Shown here: positions 40,078-51,490 of the stretch, piece after piece
How the letters are laid out: each line of letters begins with the position of its first letter
Numbering within the stretch: the stretch's first letter is position 1
Assembly: GCA_963770565.1 (NCBI GenBank)
Contig: CAVYQE010000011.1
Location: 32,001 to 96,000, forward strand
Source: an uncultured Actinomycetota bacterium
Lineage (GTDB): Bacteria; Actinomycetota; Actinomycetes; JAFAQI01
Length of the DNA stretch: 64,000 bases
Direction: 5' to 3'
The notes under the pieces: generated by a model
Database searches by the model: none
Seen by the model: the letters and a program-made list of their open reading frames with translations, nothing else
What the model was told of the DNA's origin: nothing
Made by a program: the position numbers and the translations under genes

Positions 40078-40464
40078 ATGATCACCGCGACCCACGCCAT
40101 CATCTACGCCGAGGACGCCGAGGCGACGCGGGCCTTCTTCCGCGACGTACTGGCCCTGCCGAACGTCGACGCGCACGACGGCTGGCTGATCTTCCAGCTC
40201 CCGCCCGCGGAGCTCGGCATCCATCCGTCGGGCCATCCGGGTGACCTGCGCAACAGCGCGCCGAGCGGCCACCACGAGCTCTACTTCATGTGCGACGACA
40301 TTGAGGCGACCGTCGCGGAGCTGACCGCGAAAGGCGTGGAGTTCACCGGGCCGGTCGAATCGGCCGGCTTCGGCCTGCTGACGAGGTTCCGGGTGCCGGG
40401 GGCGGGGGAGATGGGCATCTACCAGCCTCGGCACGCGACCGCGTACGACCTCGGGACCGGCTAG
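40078..40464 (+). CDS. VOC/extradiol dioxygenase-like protein
   Basis: HAIIY..RAFFRDVL, ELYFMCDD, YQPRH. Confidence 0.85.
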   Translation: MITATHAIIYAEDAEATRAFFRDVLALPNVDAHDGWLIFQLPPAELGIHPSGHPGDLRNSAPSGHHELYFMCDDIEATVAELTAKGVEFTGPVESAGFGLLTRFRVPGAGEMGIYQPRHATAYDLGTG

Positions 40465-41540
40465 CGACGGGTCGAGACCAGCATTCCGATCGCCTTCGCG
40501 ACCTCGGCCGGTTCGAGCTGGAGGGTCGCGTCGCCGACCGACAGCTCGACCCGCTGCACGGCCGGCTCCGGGGTGGTCATGGTTCGGTGAAAGGCCCACA
40601 GCGACTCGTCGGTGGCGAGTGCCCGGATCCCGGCATCGAGGCCTTCCGGGGCGGCGGTGAGCAGCAAGTGCAGCATCGAGGTCTGCGGCGGGTCCGGGAT
40701 CACGACGACGCCTTCGATGCCACGAACCGCATCCGCGATCGCCCGCGCGTGCGCGAGGTAGGCGGGCATCTTCGGCAGTCGTGCGCGCAACAGAGTGAGC
40801 GCCGATGCCGCGTTCGGCCACAGCCCGAACTGGGTGCCGCCCATCCGCTGGCGCCACTCCCGAAGCTCCGCCGCGAACGACGTCTCGCCGACCACACAGC
40901 AACCGGGGAGCGCGCCGATTGCCTTGTAGAACGACACGTACGCCGTGTCGAACCCGGCCGCCACTTCCGCGAGTGGCCGGCCGTACCCGGCGGCCGACTC
41001 CCAGAGCCGGGCGCCGTCGAGGTGCACGGCCGCCCCGCGCTCGCGGGCCCAGCCGATCTGGGCCTTCAGGTCGTCCCAGCCCGGTTGGACCCCGCCGAGA
41101 TCGCGCTGCGGCAGCTCGATCAGCAGGACGGCGGGCGCCTCGGCGACCTCGCCGAGCGCATCGAGGTCCAGCAGCCGGTTGGCGTCCCCGACCGGGCGGC
41201 CGACCAGGCCCTGCAACCGCTCCAACGCCCGACCTTCGTGCTGCTCCAGGTGGCACATCGGGTGATAGACGACGGTCCGACGCCCGCGGTGTTCGGCGTG
41301 CAGGCGGAGCACCAGTTGCTGCGCCATCGTGCCCGTCGGTAGGAAGACCGCGGCCGGTTTGCCGAGCAGGCCGGCGACCTCGGCTTCGAGCTCGGCGACC
41401 ACTCCGTCCGCGCCGTAGCGGTCCGTGACCGTGTCGGGCGGGATCGTCGCGAGCGTCGCTGCGACGTCGACCGGGCCGTGGCCACCGAGGAATCGGGTGC
41501 AGCGCTGCTGGAGGTCGCGGGCCTCGTCGTCGGACAGCAT
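40461..41540 (-). CDS. Threonine aldolase / beta-eliminating lyase family (PLP)
   Basis: FLPTGTMAQ, HLDGARLWE, SFYK. Confidence 0.87.
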   Translation of the reverse strand: MLSDDEARDLQQRCTRFLGGHGPVDVAATLATIPPDTVTDRYGADGVVAELEAEVAGLLGKPAAVFLPTGTMAQQLVLRLHAEHRGRRTVVYHPMCHLEQHEGRALERLQGLVGRPVGDANRLLDLDALGEVAEAPAVLLIELPQRDLGGVQPGWDDLKAQIGWARERGAAVHLDGARLWESAAGYGRPLAEVAAGFDTAYVSFYKAIGALPGCCVVGETSFAAELREWRQRMGGTQFGLWPNAASALTLLRARLPKMPAYLAHARAIADAVRGIEGVVVIPDPPQTSMLHLLLTAAPEGLDAGIRALATDESLWAFHRTMTTPEPAVQRVELSVGDATLQLEPAEVAKAIGMLVSTRR

Positions 41541-41651
41541 GGCAGCCGGTCTGCTCAGGGGTTCCGGACGTTACGGTGCTGAGCGACCACGATGGCAATC
41601 GGTGCGAACTCATTCGTCGTCACGACCAGGCCAGTATCTACCGAGCTCCGC

Positions 41652-42338
41652 TCAGGGTTGGAAGCGGTAGCCCATCCCGGGCTCGGTCAGCAGGTGGCGT
41701 GGCCGGGCCGGATCGGTCTCCAGCTTTCGGCGCAGCTGGGCCATGAACTGCCGCAGATAGTGCGCGGCATCCTCGTACTTCGGCCCGCGGATCGCGCGGA
41801 TCAGCTCGCGTTGGGACACCAGCCGGCCGGGGTTGCGGACCAGGATCTCGAGCAGCTGCCATTCGGTCGGCGTCAGCCGCACGTCGGTCTTGTCGTTGCC
41901 GTCGGTGTTGGTCACCCGATGCGTCTCGAGGTCGATGAAGCGGGTGCCGATCGTCGCTGACGGTGCCTCGTCGCCGACCGCCGAGCGGCGCGACACTGCG
42001 CGCACCCTCGCCAGCAGCTCATCGACGTTGAACGGCTTCGTCACGAAGTCGTCGGCGCCGGCATCCAGCGCTTGCACCTTTGCGACGCTCTGGCTGCGGC
42101 CCGACAGGATGATGATCGGTACGGTGCTCCATCCGCGCAGCCCGCGAACCACCTCGACGCCGTCCATGTCGGGCAGGCCGAGGTCGAGCACGACGAGGTC
42201 CGGATGGTGATGGGCCGCCGCGTCCAATGCCTGCCGGCCGTTGCTTGCCGTGACCACGTCATAGGACCGGGCGGCCAGATTGACGCGCAACGCCCGCAGG
42301 ATCTGGGGTTCGTCATCGACGACGAGCACCATCGTCAT
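41652..42338 (-). CDS. kdpE: Response regulator KdpE
   Basis: REC plus wHTH; YLRQFMAQLRRKLE..P.HLLTEPGMGYRF. Confidence 0.93.
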   Translation of the reverse strand: MTMVLVVDDEPQILRALRVNLAARSYDVVTASNGRQALDAAAHHHPDLVVLDLGLPDMDGVEVVRGLRGWSTVPIIILSGRSQSVAKVQALDAGADDFVTKPFNVDELLARVRAVSRRSAVGDEAPSATIGTRFIDLETHRVTNTDGNDKTDVRLTPTEWQLLEILVRNPGRLVSQRELIRAIRGPKYEDAAHYLRQFMAQLRRKLETDPARPRHLLTEPGMGYRFQP

Positions 42339-44878
42339 GTCATCGCCGCCCGGGACACGTTAGGGGCCGGCTGCGCGGGGTGCGCGGCGCGAAGCTGGAC
42401 GATCATGGTCAGGCCGCCGCCCGGTGTCTCCTCCGGAATCAGCTCCCCGCCCATGGCCTCGGTGAGACCACGGGAGAGCGCAAGTCCGAGGCCGGTTCCG
42501 GTCGTGTTGTCCGTGTCGCCGAGACGCTGGAATGGCGTGAACATCCGCTCGCGGTCCTCGGCATCGATACCGGGACCGCGGTCGACGATCCGGAGCTGGA
42601 CCCAGCCCGAGTGGGCGCTGGCCGCGAGTAGCGGCGGAGCGTCCGCGGGCGAGAAGCGCACCGCGTTCGCCGTCACGTTCGCGATCACTCGCTCGAGGAG
42701 GGCGGGATCGGCCAGCACCTCGGGCAGTGTCTCAGGGATGTCGACGACGACCCGGGCCCCATCGTGACCGAGCGCGTCGAGGGCGAGCGGGATCACCTCG
42801 TCGAGCCGGGTCGGCGCATTCAGCACGCTCAGTGCCCCGGCCTGGAGCCGGCTCATGTCGAGCAGGTTCTCGACCAGGCGGCTCAACCGCTCCAGCGACT
42901 CGCGCGCGGTCGCGAGCAGCTCGTCGCGCTCCTCCTCGCCCCAGTCGATGTCGGTGTTGCTCAGGCTGTCGACCGCGGCGGTCGCCGAAGCGAGCGGCGA
43001 GCGCAGGTCGTGACTGACTGCCGCGAGAAGCGCCGTCCGCAACCGGTCGGCCTCGGCGAGCGGCTTCGCGGCGGCGGCTGCCTCGGCCAGCTCCCGCTGC
43101 GCCAGCACGGTACCGGCCTGGATCCCGAAGACGGCGATCAGCCGCTGGTCGGCCGCCTGCATCGAGGGGCCGCGGACGACGAGGACGTGCTCGTCGCCGG
43201 CCGGCACCTGCGTGTCACCTTCGGACGGGTGGTCGCAGATCGGCGCTCCAACCGAGTCCACGACCGTCCAGCGGTCACCGCCGTCCTCGGAGTGCGCGAA
43301 CAGGGTCACCGACGACAATGAAAGCGCCTCCTGGAGGCGTTCGAGCAGCGCGTGCAAGGCGTTCTCGCCGCGCAGCACGCTTCCGGCGACCGTCGCGAGG
43401 ACCCGCGACTCGGCCTGCGCGCGGGCGGCCTGCCGGGTCCGGCGAGCCGCGAGGTCCACGATGCTGCTCACCGCGGCGGCCACGACGACGAATGCGACGA
43501 GCGCGATCACGTTGTCGTGTGTGGCCACGGTGAAGCGGTGGATCGGTGGGGTGAAGTAGAAGTTGAGCAACAGGCTCGCCGCGATGGCGGCCACGAGGCC
43601 CGGATAGGCGCCGCCGACCACGGAGACGCCGACCACGATCAGCAGGTATCCCAGCAGGTCGGTGGTCAGGTTGAAGTCGGGGCGCACGTTGCAGAGCACC
43701 AGGGTGAGCAACGGCAGGGTGATCGCCGCGATCACGCCGCCGAGGATGCGCCGGCGCAGGGTCAGGCCGCCGGTCATCGCCGGCAACGCGCGACCGCGGC
43801 CCATCTCCTCGTGGGTGATGATGTGTACGTCGATGTCGCCGGAGAGCCGAATGGTGCCGACTCCGATGCCGGCGCCGGTCAGCATCCGCGACAGGCCTGA
43901 GCGCCGCGACGCGCCGAGGACCAGTTGCGTCGCGTTCTGGCCACGGGCGAACTCGATCAGCGATGCGGAGATGTCGTCGCCGACGACCTCGTGATACGTC
44001 CCTCCGAGGGACTCGACCAGCTCCCGCTGGCGGCCGAGCGCGGCGGGGTTCGCGCCGCTCAGCCCGTCCACCTTGCTCACGTGGACGGCGAGCAGAGCAG
44101 CACCGCCGCGCGCCGCGATCCGGCCGGCCCGCCGGATCAGCGTGTCGCCCTCAGGCCCGCCGGTCAGCGCGACGACGACGCGCTCGCGGGTCTCCCAGGT
44201 GTCGTCGATGTCGTGCTCGCGGCGGTACTGCGTGAGAGCGTCGTCGACCTTGTCGGCCAGCCAGAGCAGGGCGAGCTCGCGGAGCGCGGTCAGGTTGCCG
44301 ACCCGGAAGTAGTTGCCGAGGGCGGCATCGACCTTGTCAGGGGCGTAGATGTTGCCGTGCGCCATCCGCCGGCGAAGTGCCTCCGGGGTGATGTCGACCA
44401 GCTCGACCTGCTCAGCCGCGCGCACCACGGAGTCCGGTACCGTCTCCTGCTGGCGGATCCCGGTGATCTTCTCGACGACATCGTTCACCGACTCGAGATG
44501 CTGGATGTTGACCGTGGACAACACCGTGATGCCGGCGTCGAGCAGCTCGTTGATGTCCTGCCAGCGCTTCTCGTTGCGCGAGCCCGGGATGTTTGTGTGC
44601 GCGAGCTCGTCGACACACACGACCTCAGGCTCGCGCGCCAGCACGGCGTCGAGGTCCATCTCCTCGAACTCGCTGCCGCGATAGGTGATCCGCCGGCGGG
44701 GGATGACCGGCAGATCACCTATCTTGGCGAGCGTCTTCAGCCGGCCATGGGTCTCGACCAGGCCGACCACGACATCGGTGCCGCGGTCCTTGCGCCGGTG
44801 CGCCTCGTCGAGCATGGCGAAGGTCTTGCCGACGCCCGGCGCGGCGCCGAGATAGATCCGCAGCGTCCCTCGTGCCAT
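42335..44878 (-). CDS. kdpD: Sensor kinase KdpD
   Basis: GAAPGVGKT, DELAHTN, USP, four TM segments, SHDLRSPL, GLGL. Confidence 0.95.
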   Translation of the reverse strand: MARGTLRIYLGAAPGVGKTFAMLDEAHRRKDRGTDVVVGLVETHGRLKTLAKIGDLPVIPRRRITYRGSEFEEMDLDAVLAREPEVVCVDELAHTNIPGSRNEKRWQDINELLDAGITVLSTVNIQHLESVNDVVEKITGIRQQETVPDSVVRAAEQVELVDITPEALRRRMAHGNIYAPDKVDAALGNYFRVGNLTALRELALLWLADKVDDALTQYRREHDIDDTWETRERVVVALTGGPEGDTLIRRAGRIAARGGAALLAVHVSKVDGLSGANPAALGRQRELVESLGGTYHEVVGDDISASLIEFARGQNATQLVLGASRRSGLSRMLTGAGIGVGTIRLSGDIDVHIITHEEMGRGRALPAMTGGLTLRRRILGGVIAAITLPLLTLVLCNVRPDFNLTTDLLGYLLIVVGVSVVGGAYPGLVAAIAASLLLNFYFTPPIHRFTVATHDNVIALVAFVVVAAAVSSIVDLAARRTRQAARAQAESRVLATVAGSVLRGENALHALLERLQEALSLSSVTLFAHSEDGGDRWTVVDSVGAPICDHPSEGDTQVPAGDEHVLVVRGPSMQAADQRLIAVFGIQAGTVLAQRELAEAAAAAKPLAEADRLRTALLAAVSHDLRSPLASATAAVDSLSNTDIDWGEEERDELLATARESLERLSRLVENLLDMSRLQAGALSVLNAPTRLDEVIPLALDALGHDGARVVVDIPETLPEVLADPALLERVIANVTANAVRFSPADAPPLLAASAHSGWVQLRIVDRGPGIDAEDRERMFTPFQRLGDTDNTTGTGLGLALSRGLTEAMGGELIPEETPGGGLTMIVQLRAAHPAQPAPNVSRAAMT

Positions 44879-44899
44879 GTCGCCCCTGGTCTACGTCGT

Positions 44900-45799
44900 C
44901 TACTGGCCGCTCAGCCGGTCGAGGGCCAGGTTGAGCTGGAGCACGTTGACCGCCGGATCGCCGATGAATCCCAGTGTCCGGTCAGAAGTGTATTTCTTGA
45001 CCAGGCTCGTCACCTGCGACAGCGGCAGGTTGCGCACCTTCGCCACTCGTGGTGCCTGCAGGTCGGCGTAAGCGACGGAGATGTCCGGGTCGAGACCCGA
45101 ACCGCTCGCCGTGACCGCGTCCGGCGGCACCGGGTTGTTCGGCCAGGCCTTGCCGGGCCCGTGGATCGGGACGATCTTCCCGACCGCAATGTCCTCGCCG
45201 TAGGTGGCGCAGGTCACGGCCACGCCGTCGTAGGTGGAGATGAACGGCTTTGCCGGGCAGGCCTGGTTGACGCTGACGACCTTGACCACCTTGCCGGTCA
45301 CGCCGTGGCTGCGGATGACCGACAGTACGGCGCCCACGCCACCGGTCGTGCAGTAGGGCCGCAGGCCGTTGACCCCGTTGAACTGACCTACCTCCAGGCT
45401 GCGGGTGCAGACCTGGGTCAGCAGGCTCTGCTTGCCGGTGTCGCCCTTCACCGCCGGGTTCGGCAGCGTGTCGATGATGTTCTCGGGCCCCAGGTTGGAG
45501 GCGGAGGTCGCGGTCGGGTCGTAGCCGTCGCCCGCGTCGGACGGCCGGCTCTGGAAGTACTTCGCGATCGGGTTGCCCTTGGCGTCGGTGAAGGCCTGGC
45601 CGATGACCGCGGAGCCGACGACCTTGCCGTCGAGGTGGATCAGCGATCCGTCCGCGCGGTGCTGGAGACCGGGGATCTGCGCCACCAGCGTGACGACCAG
45701 CGGGTAGCCGATGCCGAGCACGACGGTGAACACGACCAGCAGCCGTAGCGCCGCCAAGTGCTGACGGACCCAGCCGGGAAGACGCGACATCACACTCAC
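44900..45799 (-). CDS. kdpC: KdpC, long variant
   Basis: [46 protein letters not shown]. Confidence 0.92.
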   Translation of the reverse strand: MSVMSRLPGWVRQHLAALRLLVVFTVVLGIGYPLVVTLVAQIPGLQHRADGSLIHLDGKVVGSAVIGQAFTDAKGNPIAKYFQSRPSDAGDGYDPTATSASNLGPENIIDTLPNPAVKGDTGKQSLLTQVCTRSLEVGQFNGVNGLRPYCTTGGVGAVLSVIRSHGVTGKVVKVVSVNQACPAKPFISTYDGVAVTCATYGEDIAVGKIVPIHGPGKAWPNNPVPPDAVTASGSGLDPDISVAYADLQAPRVAKVRNLPLSQVTSLVKKYTSDRTLGFIGDPAVNVLQLNLALDRLSGQ

Positions 45800-47964
45800 C
45801 TGATTCCGGGGATGAACTGGACCACGAGGTCGATCAGCTTGATGCCGAGGAACGGCACGATCAGGCCGCCGACGCCGTAGATGTAGAGGTTGCGGCGCAG
45901 CATCTGCGACGCACTGCTCGGGCGGTAGCGCACGCCGCGCAGCGCCAACGGGATCAGCGCGACGATGACGAGTGCGTTGAAGATGACGGCGGACAGAATC
46001 GCCGACTCCGGCGAGTGCAGCGCCATGATGTTGAGCTTGTGCAGGCCGGGGTAGACCGCGGCGAACATCGCCGGGATGATCGCGAAGAACTTCGCGACGT
46101 CGTTGGCGATCGAGAACGTCGTGAGCGCACCCCGGGTGATCAGCAACTGCTTGCCGATCTCCACGATCTCGATGAGCTTCGTCGGGTTCGAGTCGAGGTC
46201 GACCATGTTGCCGGCCTCTTTGGCCGCCGACGTCCCGGTGTTCATCGCGACGCCGACGTCGGCCTGAGCGAGCGCGGGCGCGTCGTTCGTGCCGTCACCC
46301 GTCATCGCGACCAGCTTGCCGCCGGTCTGCTCGCTGCGGATCAGGGCCATCTTGTCCTCGGGCGTGGCCTCGGCGAGGAAGTCGTCCACGCCGGCCTCGT
46401 CCGCGATCGCCCGTGCGGTCAGCGGGTTGTCGCCGGTGATCATGACAGTGCGAATGCCCATCGCACGCAGCTCGTCGAAGCGCTCGCGCATTCCCTGCTT
46501 GACGATGTCCTTGAGGTGGATCACGCCCAGCGCCCGCGCGCCGGACGGGCCGCTCTCGGCCACCACCAGCGGTGTGCCACCGGCGCTCGAGATGCCGTCG
46601 ACGACCTCGCCCAGCTCGGCCGGAACGGAGCCGCCGTGCTCGCGCACCCAGTCCTGGACCGAGGCGGAGGCACCCTTGCGGATCTCGCGGGTGCCGCCGG
46701 ATTCGGCGAGGTCGACGCCGCTCATCCGGGTCTGCGCGGTGAAGCCGACGAACGTCGCGTGGGTGAGCTCGCCCTGCTGGCGTTCCCGCAGCCCGTACTG
46801 CGTCTTGGCAAGGACGACGACCGAGCGGCCCTCGGGGGTTTCGTCGGAGAGGCTGGACAGCTGCGCGGCGTCGGCCAGGGCTTGCTCGGTGACACCGCCG
46901 ACCGGGATCAGCTCCGCGGCTTCGCGGTTGCCGATCGTGATCGTGCCGGTCTTGTCGAGCAGCAGCGTGTTGACGTCGCCGGCCGCCTCGACCGCACGTC
47001 CCGACATCGCCAGTACGTTGCGCTGGACGAGTCGATCCATGCCGGCGATGCCGATCGCCGAGAGCAGGGCGCCGATCGTGGTCGGGATCAGGCAGACCAG
47101 GAGGGAAACCAAGACGATGCCGGTGACGCCATGCCCGTTCAGCGCGAGGGAGTTCGCGACGCCCGGCTGCTGGGCCTTGGCGAAGATCGCGAACGGCTGC
47201 AGGGTGGCGACCGCGAGCAGGAAGATGATGGTCAGCGACGCGAGCAGGATGTTCAGCGCGATCTCGTTCGGCGTCTTCTGCCGTGACGCGCCTTCGACCA
47301 GCGCGATCATCCGGTCGATGAAGCTCTCGCCCGGCCGCTGGGTGATCTCGACGACAATCCGGTCGGACAGCACCCGGGTGCCACCGGTGACGGAGCTGCG
47401 GTCACCGCCGGACTCCCGGATGACCGGTGCCGACTCGCCGGTGATCGCCGACTCGTCGACGCTGGCGATGCCTTCGACGACGTCACCGTCTCCGGGCACG
47501 AACTGGCCGGCCTCGACCACGACGTACTGCCCTTGCTGGAGCGCGGTCGCCGCGACCTCCTGCTCACGCAGGCTGGCTGGGTCGGCGCCGGGCGTCCAGT
47601 TCTCGAGCAGCCGGGCCATGGTGGTGGTCTTCGCCCGGCGCAGGGTTTCGGCCTGAGCCTTGCCGCGGCCTTCGGCAACCGCTTCCGCGAGGTTCGCGAA
47701 GAGCACGGTCAGCCACAGCCAGATCGTGGTGATGATCGCGAACGACGTGTGGTCGCGGATCGCCAGCCAGGTAGTCCAGACCGATCCGATCTCGACGATG
47801 AACATGACCGGGTTCTTGTAGAGCGTGGCCGGGTTGAGCTTGCGGAACGCGCCGGGTGTCGAGGTCCACAGCATCTTCGGGTCGAGCAGACCACCCTGGA
47901 CCCGCCGCGGGCCGTCATCGTGCGGAGCGCGCGGTGCAGGTGCGTCAAACGTTGCGGCAGTCAT
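45796..47964 (-). CDS. kdpB: KdpB P-type ATPase
   Basis: [26 protein letters not shown]. Confidence 0.96.
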   Translation of the reverse strand: MTAATFDAPAPRAPHDDGPRRVQGGLLDPKMLWTSTPGAFRKLNPATLYKNPVMFIVEIGSVWTTWLAIRDHTSFAIITTIWLWLTVLFANLAEAVAEGRGKAQAETLRRAKTTTMARLLENWTPGADPASLREQEVAATALQQGQYVVVEAGQFVPGDGDVVEGIASVDESAITGESAPVIRESGGDRSSVTGGTRVLSDRIVVEITQRPGESFIDRMIALVEGASRQKTPNEIALNILLASLTIIFLLAVATLQPFAIFAKAQQPGVANSLALNGHGVTGIVLVSLLVCLIPTTIGALLSAIGIAGMDRLVQRNVLAMSGRAVEAAGDVNTLLLDKTGTITIGNREAAELIPVGGVTEQALADAAQLSSLSDETPEGRSVVVLAKTQYGLRERQQGELTHATFVGFTAQTRMSGVDLAESGGTREIRKGASASVQDWVREHGGSVPAELGEVVDGISSAGGTPLVVAESGPSGARALGVIHLKDIVKQGMRERFDELRAMGIRTVMITGDNPLTARAIADEAGVDDFLAEATPEDKMALIRSEQTGGKLVAMTGDGTNDAPALAQADVGVAMNTGTSAAKEAGNMVDLDSNPTKLIEIVEIGKQLLITRGALTTFSIANDVAKFFAIIPAMFAAVYPGLHKLNIMALHSPESAILSAVIFNALVIVALIPLALRGVRYRPSSASQMLRRNLYIYGVGGLIVPFLGIKLIDLVVQFIPGIR

Positions 47965-47965
47965 T

Positions 47966-49627
47966 TCAGTGCAAGCCTTCCGCGAGCGGCCCTAGTGCAA
48001 GGGCCGGCAGGTAGGTGAGGGCGACGACGATCAGCGCGACACCGGTCACCATCGCGATGAACTGCGTGCGGTGGGTCGGCAGGGTGCCTTCGGAGATCGG
48101 AACCTCTTGCTGTTTGGCGAGCGAGCCACCCAGCCCGAGGATGAACACCATCGGGATGAACCGCGCACCGAGCATGGTCAGTCCGAGCGCGGTGTTGTAC
48201 CAGGCGGTGTTGACGTCGATGCCCGCGAAAGCGGACCCGTTGTTGTTCGCCGCCGAGGTGAAGGCGTAGAGCACTTCGGAGAAGCCGTGCGCGCCGTAGT
48301 TGAGCATGTCGGCCCGTTCGCCGGGTAACGCCATCGCGAGCCCGGCTCCCACCAGCACGAACGTCGGTGTGGTCAGGAAGTACAGCGAGGCGAACTTCAT
48401 CTCGCGGGCGCCGATTTTCTTCTTGATGTACTCCGGTGTTCGCCCGACCATCAGCCCAGCGACGAAGACGGTGATGATGGCGAGGACGAGAATGCCGTAG
48501 AGCCCCGACCCGGTGCCGCCGGGTGCGATCTCACCGAGCTGCATGTCGAGCAAGGTGATTGCGCCACCGACGCTGGTGTAGGAGTCGTGGAAGGAGTCCA
48601 CCGCACCGGTCGAGGTGAGGGTCGTCGATGACGCGAAGGTGGCCGAGTCGGGGATCCCGAACCGGACCTCGGTGCCTTCGGCGGACGCACCGACCGAGGT
48701 CGGAACCGTGCCGTGGTGGATGTTCTGGAAGACGTTCATCCCGACCACGCTGGAGATCCACAGGACCGCCATCACGGCGACGATCGCGTAGCCCTGCCGG
48801 TTGTCCTTCACCATCCGGCCGAACGTGCGGGGCAGCGAGAAGCCGATGACGAGCAAGGCGTAGATCTCTAGCCAGTTCGTCCACGCAGTCGGGTTCTCGA
48901 ACGGGTGCGAGGAGTTCGCGTTGTAGAAGCCGCCGCCGTTAGTGCCGAGCTCCTTGATGGCCTCCTGGCTCGCGACCGGGCCGCCGGTGAGCGTCTGCTT
49001 GCCACCCGTGAGCGTTGAGTAGGTGTGCAGCACGTGGAAGTTCTCGATCGCGCCACCGGCGATCAGCACGATCGCGATGACGAAGGACATCGGCAGCAGG
49101 ATCCGCACGCAGGTGCGGACCAGGTCGACCCAGAAGTTGCCGAGCTGGTCGGTCTTCTGCCGCGCGATGCCGCGGACCAGCGCGATCGCGACCACGATGC
49201 CGACCGCGGCCGAGACGAAGTTCTGCACCGCGAGGCCGGCCATCTGCGCGGTGTATCCGAGCGAGGACTCACCGGAGTACGACTGCCAGTTGGTGTTGGT
49301 CGTAAAGCTGGCAGCGGTGTTGAACGACTGGCTTGCGTGCATGCCGCCGAAGCCGAGGCTGAACGGCAGGTGGTGCTGCGCGCGCAAGATGACGTAGACG
49401 CCCAGGACCGAGATCGCCGAGAAGGCGAGCACGCTACGCAGGTAGGTGCCCCACTTCTGGTCGACGTCCGGGTTGACCCCGGTCGCGCGGTAGATCCAGC
49501 GCTCGACCCGCCAGTGATGGTCGCTCTCGTAGACGCGCGCCATGTAGTTGCCGAGCGGCCGGTACGACGCGGCCAGGGCGATGACCAGGGAGACGATGAA
49601 GACGATCCCCGCCGTCGTCGAGCTCAT
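47966..49627 (-). CDS. kdpA: KdpA K+-binding subunit
   Basis: NTNWQSY, LGTNGGG, HPFENP, NNGSAF. Confidence 0.96.
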   Translation of the reverse strand: MSSTTAGIVFIVSLVIALAASYRPLGNYMARVYESDHHWRVERWIYRATGVNPDVDQKWGTYLRSVLAFSAISVLGVYVILRAQHHLPFSLGFGGMHASQSFNTAASFTTNTNWQSYSGESSLGYTAQMAGLAVQNFVSAAVGIVVAIALVRGIARQKTDQLGNFWVDLVRTCVRILLPMSFVIAIVLIAGGAIENFHVLHTYSTLTGGKQTLTGGPVASQEAIKELGTNGGGFYNANSSHPFENPTAWTNWLEIYALLVIGFSLPRTFGRMVKDNRQGYAIVAVMAVLWISSVVGMNVFQNIHHGTVPTSVGASAEGTEVRFGIPDSATFASSTTLTSTGAVDSFHDSYTSVGGAITLLDMQLGEIAPGGTGSGLYGILVLAIITVFVAGLMVGRTPEYIKKKIGAREMKFASLYFLTTPTFVLVGAGLAMALPGERADMLNYGAHGFSEVLYAFTSAANNNGSAFAGIDVNTAWYNTALGLTMLGARFIPMVFILGLGGSLAKQQEVPISEGTLPTHRTQFIAMVTGVALIVVALTYLPALALGPLAEGLH

Positions 49628-49716
49628 CAGAACCTCTCAGGGAACAGCAGGGCGACGACCAGGAAGATGCCGGTCGCGATCGCGAGGATCAGCCCGATCA
49701 GGTTGTCGGCGGTCAT
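49627..49716 (-). CDS. kdpF: KdpF (29 aa; not in ORF track)
   Basis: Hand-translated [29 protein letters not shown]; TGATG overlap with kdpA. Confidence 0.92.
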   Translation of the reverse strand: MTADNLIGLILAIATGIFLVVALLFPERF

Positions 49717-49796
49717 AGCCGCTCGGCTCCCTTCGCGATCAACGCGATGAGCGCGAACACGGCGACAGTCAGGAGGATGAAGGCAAGATCAGCCAT
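49713..49796 (-). CDS. 27-aa hydrophobic peptide heading the kdp operon
   Basis: Hand-translated [27 protein letters not shown]; ATGA overlap with kdpF. Confidence 0.75.
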   Translation of the reverse strand: MADLAFILLTVAVFALIALIAKGAERL

Positions 49797-49837
49797 GCCT
49801 GCAGTCTTGATCAACGGGTCAGGCGGCTCAAGATTCG

Positions 49838-49885
49838 TGACGAGTCCCTGACGCGAAGGCCTGCAATCTCAACGAGATCCTGACG
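49838..49885. promoter_or_regulatory. Putative KdpE (OmpR-type) direct-repeat sites
   Basis: TGACG at 49838, 49849 and 49881 and CAACG at 49870: two pairs with an 11-bp period. Confidence 0.55.
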
Positions 49886-49898
49886 GCCCGGGCGTGAT

Positions 49899-49921
49899 CG
49901 ATCACGGCGAGGCCGTGATCG
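49899..49921 (-). terminator. Hairpin downstream of the MCP gene
   Basis: CGATCACGGC-GAG-GCCGTGATCG, perfect 10-bp stem, no U-tail. Confidence 0.5.
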
Positions 49922-49939
49922 TCCTGCGAGGGAAGAAGT

Positions 49940-51490
49940 TCAGGCGACCTTGAACTGCGCGATCGAAGCCCGCAGCTCCGCGGCGAGGGTGTTCAGTTGC
50001 GAGGCAGCGGCGGCCGACTGCTTACTGCCGACCGCATATTGCCGGGACACGTCGGACACCTGGGTCATCGCGGCCACGACCTGGTCTGATGCCGAGCGCT
50101 GCTGCTGGGTGGCGACCGAGATCTCCTTCGCTGCGGTGGTCGTCTCGTCGACCATGCCGGAGATCCGTTCGAGCGCGTCGACCACGCCGCGGGCCAGGTT
50201 GGAGCCGTGCCGGACGTCCTTCGCGCCTTCCTCGGTGGCGACGATCGTCGCGGTCGTCTCGGACTGGATCTCCGCGACGATCGCCTGGATCTGCCCGGTC
50301 GACTGCTGGGCCCGTTCGGCGAGCTTGCGCACCTCGGCGGCGACGACCGCGAAGCCGCGTCCGCCTTCGCCCGCGCGCGCCGCCTCGATCGCGGCGTTGA
50401 GGGCGAGCAGGTTGGTCTGGTCGGCGAGGTCGTTGATGACGTCGAGGATCCGCCCGATCTCGTGGCCCTTCTCGCCGAGCGATATCGCCCTACCGCCGAT
50501 CTGGTCGACGCGCGCGGCGATGGTGTCCATCGCCTCGACGCTGGCCGAGACCGCCTTGCGGCCGTCCTCGGCATGGCGGAGGGTTTCGGCGGCGTACCTC
50601 GCCACCGCTTCCGAGGTCTCCGCGATCTGCGCGGCCGTTGCCGCCAGCTCCTCGATCGTCGAGGTGGTCTCGGAGACCGCGGATGACTGCTGGGTGGCCG
50701 AGACCGCGTGCTCCTCGGCGGTCGCGAGCAGCTCAACGGCGGCGGCCACGATCTGGTCTCCGCCGCTGCGCACCTGAGCGACCAGGTTGCGCAGGTTGCC
50801 GAGGGTCTCGTCGAAGGCGCCGGTCAGGTGGCCGAGCAGCTCCTCGGTCTGGGAGTCGTTGTCGACTCGGACCGACAGGTCACCTTGGGCTGCCTTGCCC
50901 AGCGCCCGCGACAGGTCGTCGACGGTGTGCTTGAGCTGGACCGCTTCGGTTTCGGTCGTGACCCGCTGCTGTTCGAGCGAGCTGGAGACCGCGCTCCCGA
51001 TCAGCGCCATCAACGGTGAGCAGATGCCGACCAGCAGTAGCGGGCCGGCGCTCTGGCGGCTCAGGTCGTGCGCGATCCAGGTGGCAAGCACCAGGCCGGC
51101 GAACATGAACATCGCCTGGGCGACCGCAATGGTCCGGTTCGGCGCGATCACCGAAGCGCCGGCCGTAGTCAGGAGCATCAGCACCCAGAAGGGTCCGGCC
51201 ACTCCGCCAGTCAACGCCACGACCGCCACGAGGGCGACGAAGTCGACCATGCCCATGGTCAGCAGGTAGGGGATCTCGGCCCAGTCGGCGTTCGCCTTCA
51301 TCCAAGGAACGCCACCCTGCATCACGACCGAGAGCACGCCAACGCCCAGCCAGACATACAGCACGTCCCGGTGCGTGTGGGTCGGCCCATGGCTCACGCT
51401 CGCCATGACGCTGATCGCGATCGCTGCAGCGATCCACTTGCCCAGGCTGGCGATGCTCGCCTCGCGCGAGAGCCGGTTCCACGCGGTCAC
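49940..51490 (-). CDS. Methyl-accepting chemotaxis protein with multi-TM N-terminus
   Basis: [39 protein letters not shown]; HAMP-like AQGDLS; about six TM segments. Confidence 0.93.
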   Translation of the reverse strand: MTAWNRLSREASIASLGKWIAAAIAISVMASVSHGPTHTHRDVLYVWLGVGVLSVVMQGGVPWMKANADWAEIPYLLTMGMVDFVALVAVVALTGGVAGPFWVLMLLTTAGASVIAPNRTIAVAQAMFMFAGLVLATWIAHDLSRQSAGPLLLVGICSPLMALIGSAVSSSLEQQRVTTETEAVQLKHTVDDLSRALGKAAQGDLSVRVDNDSQTEELLGHLTGAFDETLGNLRNLVAQVRSGGDQIVAAAVELLATAEEHAVSATQQSSAVSETTSTIEELAATAAQIAETSEAVARYAAETLRHAEDGRKAVSASVEAMDTIAARVDQIGGRAISLGEKGHEIGRILDVINDLADQTNLLALNAAIEAARAGEGGRGFAVVAAEVRKLAERAQQSTGQIQAIVAEIQSETTATIVATEEGAKDVRHGSNLARGVVDALERISGMVDETTTAAKEISVATQQQRSASDQVVAAMTQVSDVSRQYAVGSKQSAAAASQLNTLAAELRASIAQFKVA

